Shown here in pieces: positions 30,175 through 40,955 of a stretch of 64,000 nucleotides of DNA. The position numbers and the translations under genes were made by a program. Origin of the DNA: an uncultured Chloroflexia bacterium (GTDB lineage Bacteria > Chloroflexota > Limnocylindria > Limnocylindrales > CSP1-4); the NCBI GenBank assembly GCA_963759495.1, contig CAVWZL010000013.1, positions 56,466 through 120,465 of the forward strand, read 5' to 3'. Numbering within the stretch: position 1 is the first letter of the stretch; each line of letters starts with the position of its first letter. The notes beneath the pieces were generated by a model. The model did not search any database and was not told the origin of the DNA. It saw nothing but the letters and a program-made list of their open reading frames with translations.

Positions 30175-30930
30175 TTACTCGCCGAGGTCGAGTGGCAGGC
30201 GCTCGATGAGTGCCAGGACAGGCGCCGCCGGTCGCATCCCGGGATCGAGGGGGTCGCCCGTTTCGCTGACAGCCGCCGGGTCCGAACCGCCGGTGCGAGC
30301 GGGGATGAACCGCCACAGCCGGCTGCGGACCCCCGCGAGGTACGGGCTGGTTCGCTGGCGTGCCAGGACGCCGGCAATCCCCTGGGCAACGGCCGCGTCC
30401 CACAACGCCCGACCTTCAGTTGCGATGGCGGGCACCGCCACGACCTCGTCCCCAGGCCGCAGGACGCGCCGCAGCGCGACATGCCGCCGCACGAGCGGCT
30501 GGTTCAGCAGTGACCGCCCGTCGAGGTGGAGCAGGTCGAACGCCAGGAATGCCGCGCTCCGGCCGGACCCGCCCTGCAGCCGTGCCTCGAGCGCCGCCGC
30601 GTCCGCTCGGCCGGCCGCGTCGACCACGACCAGCTCGCCGTCGAGGATCGCGGAGCGCGCATCGACCCGAACGGCGAGGCCGGCAAGCTCCGACAGGCCT
30701 GCGGTGAGGTCGTTCCCCGCCTCGTCCTCGATGCGCACGGCCCCGAGACCCGGGGCATCGGCCGGCCCAAGGTAGACCAGGGCCCGCATCCCGCCCCACC
30801 ACGGCTGGAACAGGTGGTCCGTGGAGTCGAAAGGATCCGGCAGGGGCCGCGCGAGCATCGGTCGCAGGGCCGGCAGCCCCGGCAGGACCGGCCGCTCCGG
30901 TTCGAGCCGCAGCGAGAGCTGATCGGACAT
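30175..30930 (-). CDS. ATP-dependent DNA ligase adenylation-domain-like protein with degenerate catalytic motifs
   Basis: PMLA, LDGELV, AFDLLHLDG, SPY.AG.RS..W retained; motif I reads QPWWGG instead of E.K.DG. Confidence 0.75.
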   Translation of the reverse strand: MSDQLSLRLEPERPVLPGLPALRPMLARPLPDPFDSTDHLFQPWWGGMRALVYLGPADAPGLGAVRIEDEAGNDLTAGLSELAGLAVRVDARSAILDGELVVVDAAGRADAAALEARLQGGSGRSAAFLAFDLLHLDGRSLLNQPLVRRHVALRRVLRPGDEVVAVPAIATEGRALWDAAVAQGIAGVLARQRTSPYLAGVRSRLWRFIPARTGGSDPAAVSETGDPLDPGMRPAAPVLALIERLPLDLGE

Positions 30931-31004
30931 GGTCGATCGATGGTAGACCCGCGTGGCCGTACACTGCGCCTCATCCCACCGCGCTCCCCGCACACGAGGC
31001 TGCC

Positions 31005-33123
31005 GTGCCCCGATCACCCCGTCCGGACGACCTGTACCGCCTGCGCATCCCGACCGACCCACGGCTCTCGCCCGATGGCCGATTCGTCGTCGTGACGCTC
31101 CAGACGGTCGCGCCAGGCCACGATGGGTACCGGACGGCGCTCTGGTCGGTCCCGACGGACGGGCGGGACGCGCGGCAGCTGACGCTCGGGGCGCGGCACG
31201 ACCACCATCCCAGGTTCGCGCCTGACGGCCGGCGGCTCGCCTTCCTGTCTGACCGCCGGACGCTGGTCGAGGAGGAGCCCGATCGCGCACGGGAACTCGC
31301 GACGAGCGACGAGGACTCCACCCAGGTGTACGTGCTCCCGCTCGAGGGCGGCGAGGCGCAGCGGCTCACAGACCTCCCCCGCGGCGTGGAGGGCTTCGCG
31401 TGGGCGCCGGACGGCCGCAGCCTCGTCGTGACCACGTCGTCCCGTGGTGCGACCCGTGGAGAGGACGCGCGCCGGCGCGGGATCGACCTCGATCGTCCGT
31501 CGAGCAGCCCGCCCGAGTCCGACGTGCATTTCATCGACCGCCTCGACTACATGCACAACGGCACGGGATTCACCTACCACGCCCGACCGCACCTGTGGGT
31601 CGTGGACGCCACGTCAGGGCACGCCCGGCGCCTGACCGATGGCCCCGTTCCGGACGAATCGGCCGCCTGGTCGCCCGACGGTGGACGCATCGCATTTGCC
31701 AGCAACCGTCGCCGCGACCACGACCTGATCGAGCGGAGCGACATCTGGGTCGTCGACCCCTCGACCGGCGCCCTGACGGCAATCACGGCGGGTCCGTCCT
31801 CCGTCTTCCACACGCCAACCTGGCTGCCGGACGGTCGCACGCTGGCTGTGCTCGGCCACCGGCTGCCGGCCGCGTCGGCGAGCCGCAACGACGTCTGGCT
31901 CTTCGCGGCAGACGGCTCCGACGCGCATCCGGATGGTGGCCGCAACCTGTCCGCGACGCATGACCTGATGCCCGGGGCGAGCCTCATCGGCGACATCACC
32001 CAGGGAGAGCCGGCCCGCCTTGCCGTCAGCCCGGACGGCGCCTGGATCCTGTTCACGGCGCCCATTCGGGGCTCGTACGAGCTGTGGCGGATCGCCATCG
32101 AGGATGGGCGCGTCGAGCGGCTGACGGAGGGCCGCCACTACCTCTCGTCATTCGATATCGGCGTTGCCGGCCGGGCAGCCGGCCAGGTCGCCTGGGTCGA
32201 GTCGTCCCCAACGGAGCCGCCCGACCTGTGGCTGCTCGAGCGCGTGGACGGACGGCCTCGACGACTGACGACGTTCAACGCCGATGTCCTCGACGGGGTC
32301 GAGCTGCGGGAGCCGCAGGAGCACTGGCACGAGGTCGATGGGCGGCCGATCCAGGGCTGGCTGATCCCGGGCGGACCCGGCCCGCGCCCGCTCGTCCTCG
32401 AGATCCACGGTGGACCGCACACGCTCTACGGCTCGGCGCCGGTCTGGGAGTTCCAGCTCCTCGCCGCAGCCGGGATCTCGGTCTACTTCTGCAATCCGCG
32501 CGGCTCCGAGGGCTATGGCGAGGCGTTCAACCGCGCCAACCATCGCGACTGGGGTCCCGGGCCGATGCGCGACGTCCTCGCCGGGGTCGACGCGCTCGTC
32601 GCCGAGGGCCTCGCGGACCCGGACCGCCTCGGCGTGACCGGCGGCTCCTACGGCGGCTACCTCACGAACTGGATCGTGGCCCACGACCAGCGCTTCCGTG
32701 CCGCGATGACCTGCCGCAGCGTGGCCGACATGACGATGCTCAACCTGACCGGCGACATCAGCGGGCTCGAGTGGGCGCGCCTGGAGTTCGACGTCACGCC
32801 CTTCGAGGACCCGGCCTACTACTGGGAGATCTCGCCGGTCTCGCACGCGGCGGACATCCGGACACCGCTCCTCATCCAGCACGCCGAGCGCGACATCCGG
32901 ACGACGATCGGGCAGGCCGAGGCACTCTTCACCGCCCTGCGGTCGCTGCGCCGGCCCGTTCGCCTGATGCGGGTCCCCGAGGAGACCCACGAGCTCACCC
33001 GGTCGGGCACGCCATTCCGCCGGGTCGAGAATCTGGCGGTCGTGCTGGGCTGGTTCGACGCACTTCCTCGTCCAGGGCAGGAAGGGCCTCCCACCCGTCC
33101 CGCGGATCCGCGGCGGCCGCTGA
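31005..33123 (+). CDS. S9 (prolyl oligopeptidase / acylaminoacyl peptidase) family protein; indel near the C-terminus
   Basis: Beta-propeller SPDG repeats, IHGGPH, NPRGS.GYG, GGSYGG, EETHEL. Confidence 0.92.
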
Positions 33124-33237
33124 CCGGTGGAGGACGGCTCGCTGGCAGGAGCTCGCTGGCAGGTCCGCTTTCACCAGGGGACGCCCGCGGACGAGCCGGG
33201 CTGATCCAGCCGGATCGCGGTGTATCCTCACCGTCCC

Positions 33238-34219
33238 ATGGTCACCACCCACCGTTCCGACAGCCCCGCCCGCGAGCATGCCAATGAGCTGATTCGCGCG
33301 TGGGACGCGCGCCCGGGACCACTCGGCAGCCTGCTCGGCCGCGTCACGTCCGTGGACCAGGTCGGGGTCGAGGAGCGGGTCGACGCGCTGAAGAAGCGGT
33401 CGATCAAGAAGGCCTCGAAGCTGTGGGCGCTCGAGCTCGCGATCCGGATGATGGATCTCACGACCCTCGAGGGAAAGGACACGCCGGGCAAGGTTCGCGC
33501 GCTGTGCGCGAAGGGGATGCGTCCGAAGCCGGGCGACGCGGCGATCCCGTCGGTCGCCGCGATCTGCGTCTACCCCGCGCTCGTCGCCGAGGCAAAGGAT
33601 GCGCTGCGGGGCTCGACCGTGAAGGTCGCGAGCGTGGCCACGGGCTTCCCGTCGGGCCAGACCTTCCGCGAGATCAAGATGCCGAGACCCGCCAGGCGGT
33701 CGAAGCCGGCGCCGACGAGATCGACATGGTCATCGATCGTGGCGCGTTCCTCTCCGGCGACTACCGGACCGTGTTCGACGAGATCGTCGAGATCAAGGAG
33801 GCGTGCGGCGAGGCGCACCTCAAGGTCATCCTCGAGACGGGCGAGCTCGAGACGTACGACAACGTTCGCCGGGCGAGCGTGCTGGCGATGGCCGCCGGCG
33901 CGGACTTCATCAAGACCTCGACCGGCAAGGTGACGCCGGCAGCCACGCTCCCCGTGACCCTCGTGATGCTCGAGGCGATCCGCGATTTCGAGAAGGCAGA
34001 CGGGTCGGCAGGTCGGCATGAAGCCGGCCGGCGGGATCAGGACCGCGAAGGAAGCCATCCAGTACCTCGTCGTGCTGTACGAGACCCTCGGCCCGCGCTG
34101 GATGACGTCCGGACTGGTTCCGGTTCGGCGCATCGAGCCTGCTCAACGACGTCCTGATGCAGATCGAGTTCCAGCGCAGCGGGCGCTACCAGGACCCCGA
34201 CGACTTCACCCTCGACTGA
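33238..34219 (+). CDS. deoC: Deoxyribose-phosphate aldolase; several frameshifts
   Basis: DLTTLEG.DT, GADEIDMVI, LKVILETGEL, ADFIKTSTGK, KPAGGIR, RFGASSLL across frames. Confidence 0.93.
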
Positions 34220-34234
34220 CTCGAGCACCCGCTC

Positions 34235-35134
34235 GTGATCGAGACCCGCCGCTTCGACGACGCGAATGCGTTCCTCGACGTCGCCGGCCCCTTCCTCGAG
34301 GCGCGCGAGCCCGAGCACATGCTCACCCTCGGCAGCATGGCCACGCTCCGCATGCTGGGTGGGCGGGCGACCACGGGCGGCCTGGTTGTCGCGCTCGAGG
34401 GCGGCCACGTCGTCGCAACCGCAACCTGGACAGGACCGTGGGAGGTGGTGCTGTCCGAGGTCGATGACGCTCGGGCGATCCCCGCGCTCGTCGATGCGCT
34501 CGGCGCCGACACATTGCCGGGCGTCCACGCCCCCGTGGAGCACGCGGAGGCATTCGTCGCCGCGTGGCGCGATCGGACAGGCGGCTCGGCGCGACACATC
34601 CTGCGCGAGCGGATCCACGCCCTCGAGCACGTCACCCCACCGGCCGGCGTCCCCGGATCGCTGCGCCGGACGCGCACGGGGGACCACGGGCTGCTCGTCG
34701 AGTGGATGACTGCCTTCGATGTGGAATCCTTCGGGGCCGAAGCCGGGCGCCGGGACATGCGCACGCTCGCGGACGAGCTCATCGCGGCGCCGCACCGGAG
34801 CGGGTTCATCTGGGACGACGATGGAGCTGTCTCCACCGCGTCGACGACCGGGGAGACACCGAACGGGATCCGAGTCGGCGGGGTCTACACGCCACGAGAG
34901 CGACGCGGCCGCGGCTACGCCAGCGCATGCGTCGCGGCCGTGAGCCAGCGCGAGCTCGAGCTCGGCCGCCGCTGGTGCTTCCTCTTCACGGACATCGCCA
35001 ACCCGACCTCGAACGCCATCTACGGGCGCCTCGGATATCGGCCGGTCCGTGACGTCGACATCTGGCGTTTCGGTTCGGCGCCGACGCAGGTCAGGGAGCC
35101 GGTGGTCATGACCGATGGCGTCACGCCTGACTGA
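34235..35134 (+). CDS. GNAT-family acetyltransferase
   Basis: VYTP.E.RGRGYA, LFTD.ANPTSNAIY.RLGY. Confidence 0.88.
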   Translation: MIETRRFDDANAFLDVAGPFLEAREPEHMLTLGSMATLRMLGGRATTGGLVVALEGGHVVATATWTGPWEVVLSEVDDARAIPALVDALGADTLPGVHAPVEHAEAFVAAWRDRTGGSARHILRERIHALEHVTPPAGVPGSLRRTRTGDHGLLVEWMTAFDVESFGAEAGRRDMRTLADELIAAPHRSGFIWDDDGAVSTASTTGETPNGIRVGGVYTPRERRGRGYASACVAAVSQRELELGRRWCFLFTDIANPTSNAIYGRLGYRPVRDVDIWRFGSAPTQVREPVVMTDGVTPD

Positions 35135-35972
35135 CGAGCAGATTCTCATCGGCGGCATGGATCCCCGCTGGGCGCCAGTCCGAGTCGGTGAGACTGTTCG
35201 GCGGCCCGCGGGTTCCGGCAATCCCGGCGTGACCGCGCTGCTCCGGCACCTGGAGGCGGTGGGTTTCGAGGGCGCCCCACGCCACCTTGGGTGGGACAGT
35301 GCGGGGAGGGAGGTCCTCACCTGGATCCCGGGCGACGTGCCGCTGCCGCCATACCCGGGCTGGGCGATGACGGAGCGAGCCCTCGCGGATCTTGGTGTGT
35401 TGATCCGCCGCTTCCACGACGCGACCTCGTCCTTCGTGGCGCCGGCCGACGCCATGTGGGCAACCGACTGGGCCGATCCGACGCGCAGCTACGGTGGCGG
35501 GACGCAGGGCGAGCCAGGGCGTCCTTCTGCGCAGAGACCCGTCGTGGTCTGCCACAACGATCTCTATCCCGAGAATGTCGTCTTCCGTGAGGGTCGGGTC
35601 GTGGCGTTCATCGATTTTGCGATGGCAGCCCCGGGCCGGCCGCTGTGGGATCTGGCGATCGCGGCAGAGCTGTGGTGCCCACTCGGCGATCCGACCTGGC
35701 GCGACGAACCCGCGATGATGCTCGACGCCGTCGACCGATTTCGGATCCTGTGCCGCGCGTATGCGCTCGAGCCGGAGCGGGCCGACGAGCTCCTGGACGT
35801 GATCGGCGAGGAGCGCGCCCACGCCCGGGCCAACATCCGGGCGGAGATTGCCGCAGAGAACGACTCGTGGGTCCGGAACTGGGCGACGGCCGGAGGCGAT
35901 GCGCGCGCCGCTGCGGACGATGCGTGGCTCGTCGCGCACCGGGGCGCCCTGGTTCGGGCCGCTCAAGGGTGA
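35115..35972 (+). CDS. Aminoglycoside phosphotransferase / kinase-like protein
   Basis: LLRHLEAVGF.GAP, CHNDL.PENVVF, IDF. Confidence 0.8.
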   Translation: MASRLTDEQILIGGMDPRWAPVRVGETVRRPAGSGNPGVTALLRHLEAVGFEGAPRHLGWDSAGREVLTWIPGDVPLPPYPGWAMTERALADLGVLIRRFHDATSSFVAPADAMWATDWADPTRSYGGGTQGEPGRPSAQRPVVVCHNDLYPENVVFREGRVVAFIDFAMAAPGRPLWDLAIAAELWCPLGDPTWRDEPAMMLDAVDRFRILCRAYALEPERADELLDVIGEERAHARANIRAEIAAENDSWVRNWATAGGDARAAADDAWLVAHRGALVRAAQG

Positions 35973-36033
35973 CCCCGGCGATGACGGACTCGCGGCAACG
36001 CGCGGCGCCTGCCGTCCCAGCGCACGGCCGCGC

Positions 36034-36066
36034 AACCTTTACGTAAACGTCAAGGTTTGGTATCAT
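36034..36066 (+). promoter_or_regulatory. MerR-type palindromic operator and promoter
   Basis: AACCTTtACGT-AA-ACGTcAAGGTT overlapping TTTACG-17 nt-TATCAT, directly upstream of the MerR gene. Confidence 0.75.
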
Positions 36067-36072
36067 CGCGGG

Positions 36073-36570
36073 GTGCCCCGACCTACCACCGAACCGGCCA
36101 CCGAGCCCAGCGCGACAACCGAGCCCGCCCCGGCTGACCGCCTCCTTCGCATCCAGGAGATCGCCGAGGAGGTCGGCACGACGACGCGCGCAATTCGCTA
36201 CTACGAGGAGGTCGGCCTGCTCGAGCCGGCCGCCCGCTCGGAGGGCGCGTACCGGCTGTACGACGCGTCGGACGTCGAGCGGCTCCGGTTCATCCGCGGC
36301 CTTCGCGACGATGCCGGCTTCTCGCTGGCCCAGATCCGCCAGCTCCTCGAGGACGACGCGGTCCGTGAGCGGAACCGCCAGCGGCTGCGGGAGACGGACG
36401 ACCCCGGGGAGCGTCGCGCGCTGCTGCGGGATGCCCTCGAACGCGTCGAGCGCCAGATCGCCACGTTGCGCGAGAAGGCGGACCGACTCGCGTCGATGAT
36501 CGACGACGCCGAGGCGCGCCGAACGCACCTGACCGGCCACCTATCGAAACTGGACGGGTCGAAGCGATGA
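36073..36570 (+). CDS. MerR-family transcriptional regulator
   Basis: RAIRYYEEVGLL.P.ARSEGAYRLY, GFSLAQIR. Confidence 0.92.
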   Translation: MPRPTTEPATEPSATTEPAPADRLLRIQEIAEEVGTTTRAIRYYEEVGLLEPAARSEGAYRLYDASDVERLRFIRGLRDDAGFSLAQIRQLLEDDAVRERNRQRLRETDDPGERRALLRDALERVERQIATLREKADRLASMIDDAEARRTHLTGHLSKLDGSKR

Positions 36571-37934
36571 GCCTCGGCGACCGCAAGGCCGTGCGCGCCT
36601 TCCGCCACCATAACTACCGGCTCTTCTTCGGCGGGCAGCTCGTGTCCCTGGTCGGCACCTGGGTCCAGCAGGTCGCGCAGGCGTGGCTCGTCCTGCTCCT
36701 CACCGGCGATCCCTTCTGGCTCGGCGTGGTGGCCGCGGCGCAATTCGTGCCCGTGCTGTTCCTCGGGCTGTTCGGCGGGATCCTGGCCGACGTGCTGCCC
36801 AAACGGCAGACCCTGATCGCCGTCCAGGTCGTGATGATGCTGCTGGCGATCACCCTCGCTGTCCTCACGATCACGGGCGTCGTCGAGGTCTGGATGATCG
36901 TGCTGCTCGCCCTGCTGCTCGGCTGTGCCAACGCGGTCGACATGCCAGTGCGGCAGGCGTTCGTCGTCGAGATCGTCGGGCGCGGCGACATCGGCAACGC
37001 GATCGTGCTCAACTCGGCGATGTTCAACGGCGCTCGCGTGGTCGGACCCGCCATCGCCGGGCTGACGATCGGCGCCTTTGGCCCCGCCACGGCGTTCGCC
37101 ATCAACGCCGTCAGCTACGTGGGGGTGCTCGCCGGCCTCGCCGCGATGCGCGACAGCGAGCTGCGGACACCGATCGGGGCCGCCCGCCCGCAGAACCGCG
37201 CCGAGGTGACCGCGCAGCTGCGCGAGGGCATCGACTACGTGCGTCGCACGCCGGTCGTCCTGCTCGCGATCGTCGTCCTGGGCCTCGTCGCCACCTTTGG
37301 CATGAACTTTCAGGTCGCCATTCCCGTGCTTGCCCGGGACTTGCTGCTCTCGGATGCCTCGGGCTTCGGCTTTCTGATGGCAGCCTCCGGGTTCGGCTCG
37401 CTCCTGGCGGCGCTGTGGCTTGCCGTGGCGGGCGGTCCGCCGCGCCCGGGCCGCCTCATCGGGGGCGCCCTGCTGCTCGGGATCGGCGAGGTGATCCTGG
37501 CCGTGTCGAACCTGTTCCCGGTCTCGCTGCTGTTGATGGTCGCGATCGGGGCCGGCGGCATCACGATGGCCGCCACCGCGAACACGCTGATCCAGCTCAA
37601 CGTCCCCGACGTGCTTCGTGGCCGCGTGATGAGCGTGTTCACGACCGTGTTCGCGGGCTCCTCGCCGCTCGGCGGGCTGTTCATCGGCAGCGTGGCGTCA
37701 ACCGCGGGGATTGCCGTTGCGGTCGGGCTCGGTGGCATCCTGGCCACGGCGGTGGCCCTCGCGGCCCTCGTCTGGGTCCGGCGGCAGCGCGGGTTCGTGG
37801 CGCTTCCAGCGCGACCGGCCGTGGCACCCGACGCGGTCGCCGGAGTGTCCGAGCGGTTGCGCGACGCGGTCCCAGCGGTCGAGGGGGCGGGCATGGCCGA
37901 CGCGATCGCAGGGTCGGGTCCCCGTCCACGCTGA
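36567..37934 (+). CDS. MFS transporter (DHA3/EntS-like)
   Basis: NYRLFF.GQLVS.VGTW.Q, P.RQAFV, RGRVMS; about 12 TM helices. Confidence 0.9.
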   Translation: MSLGDRKAVRAFRHHNYRLFFGGQLVSLVGTWVQQVAQAWLVLLLTGDPFWLGVVAAAQFVPVLFLGLFGGILADVLPKRQTLIAVQVVMMLLAITLAVLTITGVVEVWMIVLLALLLGCANAVDMPVRQAFVVEIVGRGDIGNAIVLNSAMFNGARVVGPAIAGLTIGAFGPATAFAINAVSYVGVLAGLAAMRDSELRTPIGAARPQNRAEVTAQLREGIDYVRRTPVVLLAIVVLGLVATFGMNFQVAIPVLARDLLLSDASGFGFLMAASGFGSLLAALWLAVAGGPPRPGRLIGGALLLGIGEVILAVSNLFPVSLLLMVAIGAGGITMAATANTLIQLNVPDVLRGRVMSVFTTVFAGSSPLGGLFIGSVASTAGIAVAVGLGGILATAVALAALVWVRRQRGFVALPARPAVAPDAVAGVSERLRDAVPAVEGAGMADAIAGSGPRPR

Positions 37935-38048
37935 CCCCCGCGGGCGCGGTGCGGCCGAGCACCGGGACCTTGGTCCGGTCGTCTCCCTGCAAGGTCTCCC
38001 ACTGATCGGGGGATAGCCACCGCAAGGATTTGCCCGCACACTTCCGGA

Positions 38049-39683
38049 GTGACTTTAGGTCCCACGCCCGCTGGGGGTGGCGTGCCGCACCCGCGGCTTC
38101 GTCGGTTCCTGTCCCTGCTCGGGCCGACATTCTTCGCCCTCGCCGTGCTCCAGTCCGTGGCCGCACTCATCTTCGGGTCGGTCGGCAGCGGGATTGGCGC
38201 TGCCGTCCTGATCCTGTACGGCAGCCTCCTGATCCTCGCCACCGCGGAGGTCCGTCGGGATCGGCTTGGCCGGGCGCTGTTCCTCACCGCAGGCGGTCTC
38301 GTGTTCAGTGGCGTCATCTACGGCCTGGTCGTGCCGGGCGCGGCAACGGCGGCCATCGTCGTTCCCGTGCTCGCCGTTGCGATCGTGCTCCCGTATCTGG
38401 AGCGCGAACGCCTGCGTGGCGTGATCATCGCGTGCTGGATCGCCTCGCTCGCGATCGTCGGACTCGTTCATGTCTTCCCGAGGAGTGATCGAACGCCCGT
38501 CGAGTTCGTCGCCGTGCTCGGCATCACGCAGCTCGCAGCCGTGATCGGGCTCGTCATGTACCTCCTGTGGGAGTTCAGCAGCCGTCTCAAGGGCGCGCTC
38601 GCGGAGGAGGCTGCAGCCAACGCGGCCAGCAACGAGGCCAAGGAGACCGTGAAGCGGGTCAACCGCGAGCTCCGCAAGCGGGTCCAGGAGCTCGAGCGGC
38701 GCAACCGCGAGGCGACCCTCGTGGGTCACATGGGCAGCCTGCTCGAGGTCAGCCGAACGTCCGATGAGGCGTATGAGGTGATCGAGCGCGCGTCGCGGAC
38801 ACTCTTCCCGGGCACCGCGGGGGCGGTCCTCACGCTGCCGGAGTCGCGCGTCGTGGTCGAGGCCACGGCGCGCTGGGGCAAGCCGGCGCCGAAGACGCAG
38901 GTGTTCGCGCCCGAGGACTGCTGGGCGCTGCGCCAGGGACGGCTCCACGTCGTCGAGTCGCCCGAGTTCGGTCCGCGCTGCGGGCACGTGTCCCCGGATC
39001 CGGAACGGCCCTACCTGTGCATCCCGATGACGGCCCAGGGAGCAACGCTCGGTGTCTTCCACGTCGCCGCGGCGGGTCGGGTGGTGGACGGCAAGCTGGA
39101 TCCCGACATCCGCCAGCTCGCGCTCTGGGTCGCCGAGCTGCTCGCACTGTCGCTGGCCAACTTCCGCCTCCGCGAGACGCTCCACCTGCAGTCGACCCGC
39201 GACTCGCTGACAGGGCTGTACAACCGGCGCTACATGGAGGAGACGCTCGAGCGCGAGATCAGCCGTGCCACCCGCGAAGGCGGCTCGCTCGGCGTGATCA
39301 TGATCGACCTCGATCGCTTCAAGAGCTACAACGACCGCTTCGGGCACGCGGCCGGCGACCAGCTCCTGCGCTCGCTCGCCGGCAACCTTGCCGCCAACAT
39401 CCGCGCCGAGGACGTGGCCTGCCGCTACGGTGGGGAGGAGTTCACGATCATCCTGCCGAATGCCAACAAGGACGAGACCCGCCGTCGGGCCGAGGTGCTT
39501 CGCTCGCACGGCCCGACCGTCGCGCTGGCGAATGGCGAGCGTCCCGGGATCACCCTGTCACTCGGCGTGGCCGCGTTCCCCGACGACGGCTCGACGGCCG
39601 ACGCACTGCTCGGATCGGCCGACCGCGCGCTGTACCGGGCCAAGGCCGAGGGCCGCGATCGGGTCGAGGTGGCGGTCGCCTGA
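38049..39683 (+). CDS. Membrane-bound GAF-GGDEF diguanylate cyclase
   Basis: Several TM helices, CWALR GAF, DSLTGLYNRR, DLDRFK, RAED I-site, RYGGEEF. Confidence 0.9.
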   Translation: MTLGPTPAGGGVPHPRLRRFLSLLGPTFFALAVLQSVAALIFGSVGSGIGAAVLILYGSLLILATAEVRRDRLGRALFLTAGGLVFSGVIYGLVVPGAATAAIVVPVLAVAIVLPYLERERLRGVIIACWIASLAIVGLVHVFPRSDRTPVEFVAVLGITQLAAVIGLVMYLLWEFSSRLKGALAEEAAANAASNEAKETVKRVNRELRKRVQELERRNREATLVGHMGSLLEVSRTSDEAYEVIERASRTLFPGTAGAVLTLPESRVVVEATARWGKPAPKTQVFAPEDCWALRQGRLHVVESPEFGPRCGHVSPDPERPYLCIPMTAQGATLGVFHVAAAGRVVDGKLDPDIRQLALWVAELLALSLANFRLRETLHLQSTRDSLTGLYNRRYMEETLEREISRATREGGSLGVIMIDLDRFKSYNDRFGHAAGDQLLRSLAGNLAANIRAEDVACRYGGEEFTIILPNANKDETRRRAEVLRSHGPTVALANGERPGITLSLGVAAFPDDGSTADALLGSADRALYRAKAEGRDRVEVAVA

Positions 39684-39692
39684 CCGCGGCGC

Positions 39693-40955
39693 TCAGCGGA
39701 CGGCGCCGAGGACGATCGCGGCGTTGAGCCCGCCGAACCCGAACGACGTCGAAAGGACCCGTCGGTAGTCGCCCTGACAGCCCTCGCGCAGGAGGCCGGG
39801 CAGCATTGCCGCGCTATCGGGATCCGGCGATTCGAGGTTCACGGTCGGCGGCGCCCAGCCGTCCCTGATCGCGAGAGCGCAGATCGCCGCTTCGATCGAC
39901 CCCGAGGCGCCAAGCGGATGACCGTAGTACGCCTTGGTGGCGCTGACTGGCACGGTTCGAGCGCGCTCGCCGAGCGCGAGGGTGAGCGCCCGCGCCTCAG
40001 CCACGTCGCCGATCGGTGTCGAGGAGGCGTGCGCGTTGACGTAGTCGATATCGCCCGGGTCGACGCCGGCATCCTCGAGCGCAATCGTTGCAGCCCGCGC
40101 GGACTCCCGGCCGTCCGGTCGCGGCTGGACCATGTGGTGCGCATCGGAGGTCGCGCCGTAGCCCATGAGCTCGGCGTACGGCTCGGCACCGCGGGCGCGA
40201 GCAACGTCCTCGGCCTCCAGCACGAGCCAGGCGACGCCCTCGCCCATGACGAACCCATCGCGACCCGCATCGAACGGTCGGGCGGCATGTCCGGCGTCCT
40301 CGTTGCGGCCCGCCGAGAGCGCCCGAATGATGTCGAAGGCACCGAACGCGAGCGGGCTGAGCGGCACCTCGCAGCCACCCGCGATCGCGGCGTCCACCCG
40401 GCCTTCGCGCAGGTCGCCCAGTGCCTCGCCCAGGGACACCGAGCCCGAGGCGCACGAGTTGGCCGTGGAGAGGATGGGGCCGCGGACGTCGAGCGCGATA
40501 CCAAGGTTGGCCGGCGCCGCGCCACCGAACACGGCGAGCGCCAGGTTCGGGGCCACCTGCCGGATACCCTTCTCCATGTAACGCTCGTGCTGCTCCTCGG
40601 CGTACGCGATGCCACCGAGCGCGCTGCCGAGGTAGATGCCGATGCGGTCCGGGCTTGGCGCGTTCGGGGCACCGGGGACGAGACCCGCGTCCTCGAGCGC
40701 GAGCCGGCCGGCGACGAGCCCGAACTGGCTGAACCGGTCGAGCTGGCGAGCCGTCTTGGCCGGCATCCATGCCTCGGGATCGAAGTCGTCGACGGTCGCC
40801 GCGACCTGTGAGCGAAATGGCGCCGGATCGAACCGATCGATCCGCCTGACCGGCGAGCGGGCCGCGCGGAGACCGGCCCGGAATGCGGTCACACCCGTGC
40901 CGACAGGCGTGATCATGCCCAGACCCGTGATCCACACCCGGCGCCGGTCGGTCAT
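39693..40955 (-). CDS. Beta-ketoacyl synthase (FabF / type II KS-like)
   Basis: NSCASG, RPFD.GRDGFVMGEG, YVNAHASST, GHPLGASG, SFGFGG.N. Confidence 0.92.
   Translation of the reverse strand: MTDRRRVWITGLGMITPVGTGVTAFRAGLRAARSPVRRIDRFDPAPFRSQVAATVDDFDPEAWMPAKTARQLDRFSQFGLVAGRLALEDAGLVPGAPNAPSPDRIGIYLGSALGGIAYAEEQHERYMEKGIRQVAPNLALAVFGGAAPANLGIALDVRGPILSTANSCASGSVSLGEALGDLREGRVDAAIAGGCEVPLSPLAFGAFDIIRALSAGRNEDAGHAARPFDAGRDGFVMGEGVAWLVLEAEDVARARGAEPYAELMGYGATSDAHHMVQPRPDGRESARAATIALEDAGVDPGDIDYVNAHASSTPIGDVAEARALTLALGERARTVPVSATKAYYGHPLGASGSIEAAICALAIRDGWAPPTVNLESPDPDSAAMLPGLLREGCQGDYRRVLSTSFGFGGLNAAIVLGAVR

Noticed and set aside
35115-35972. Aminoglycoside resistance gene
   Set aside because: Only the generic kinase-like fold is evident. 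There is no mobile context, and the substrate cannot be inferred.
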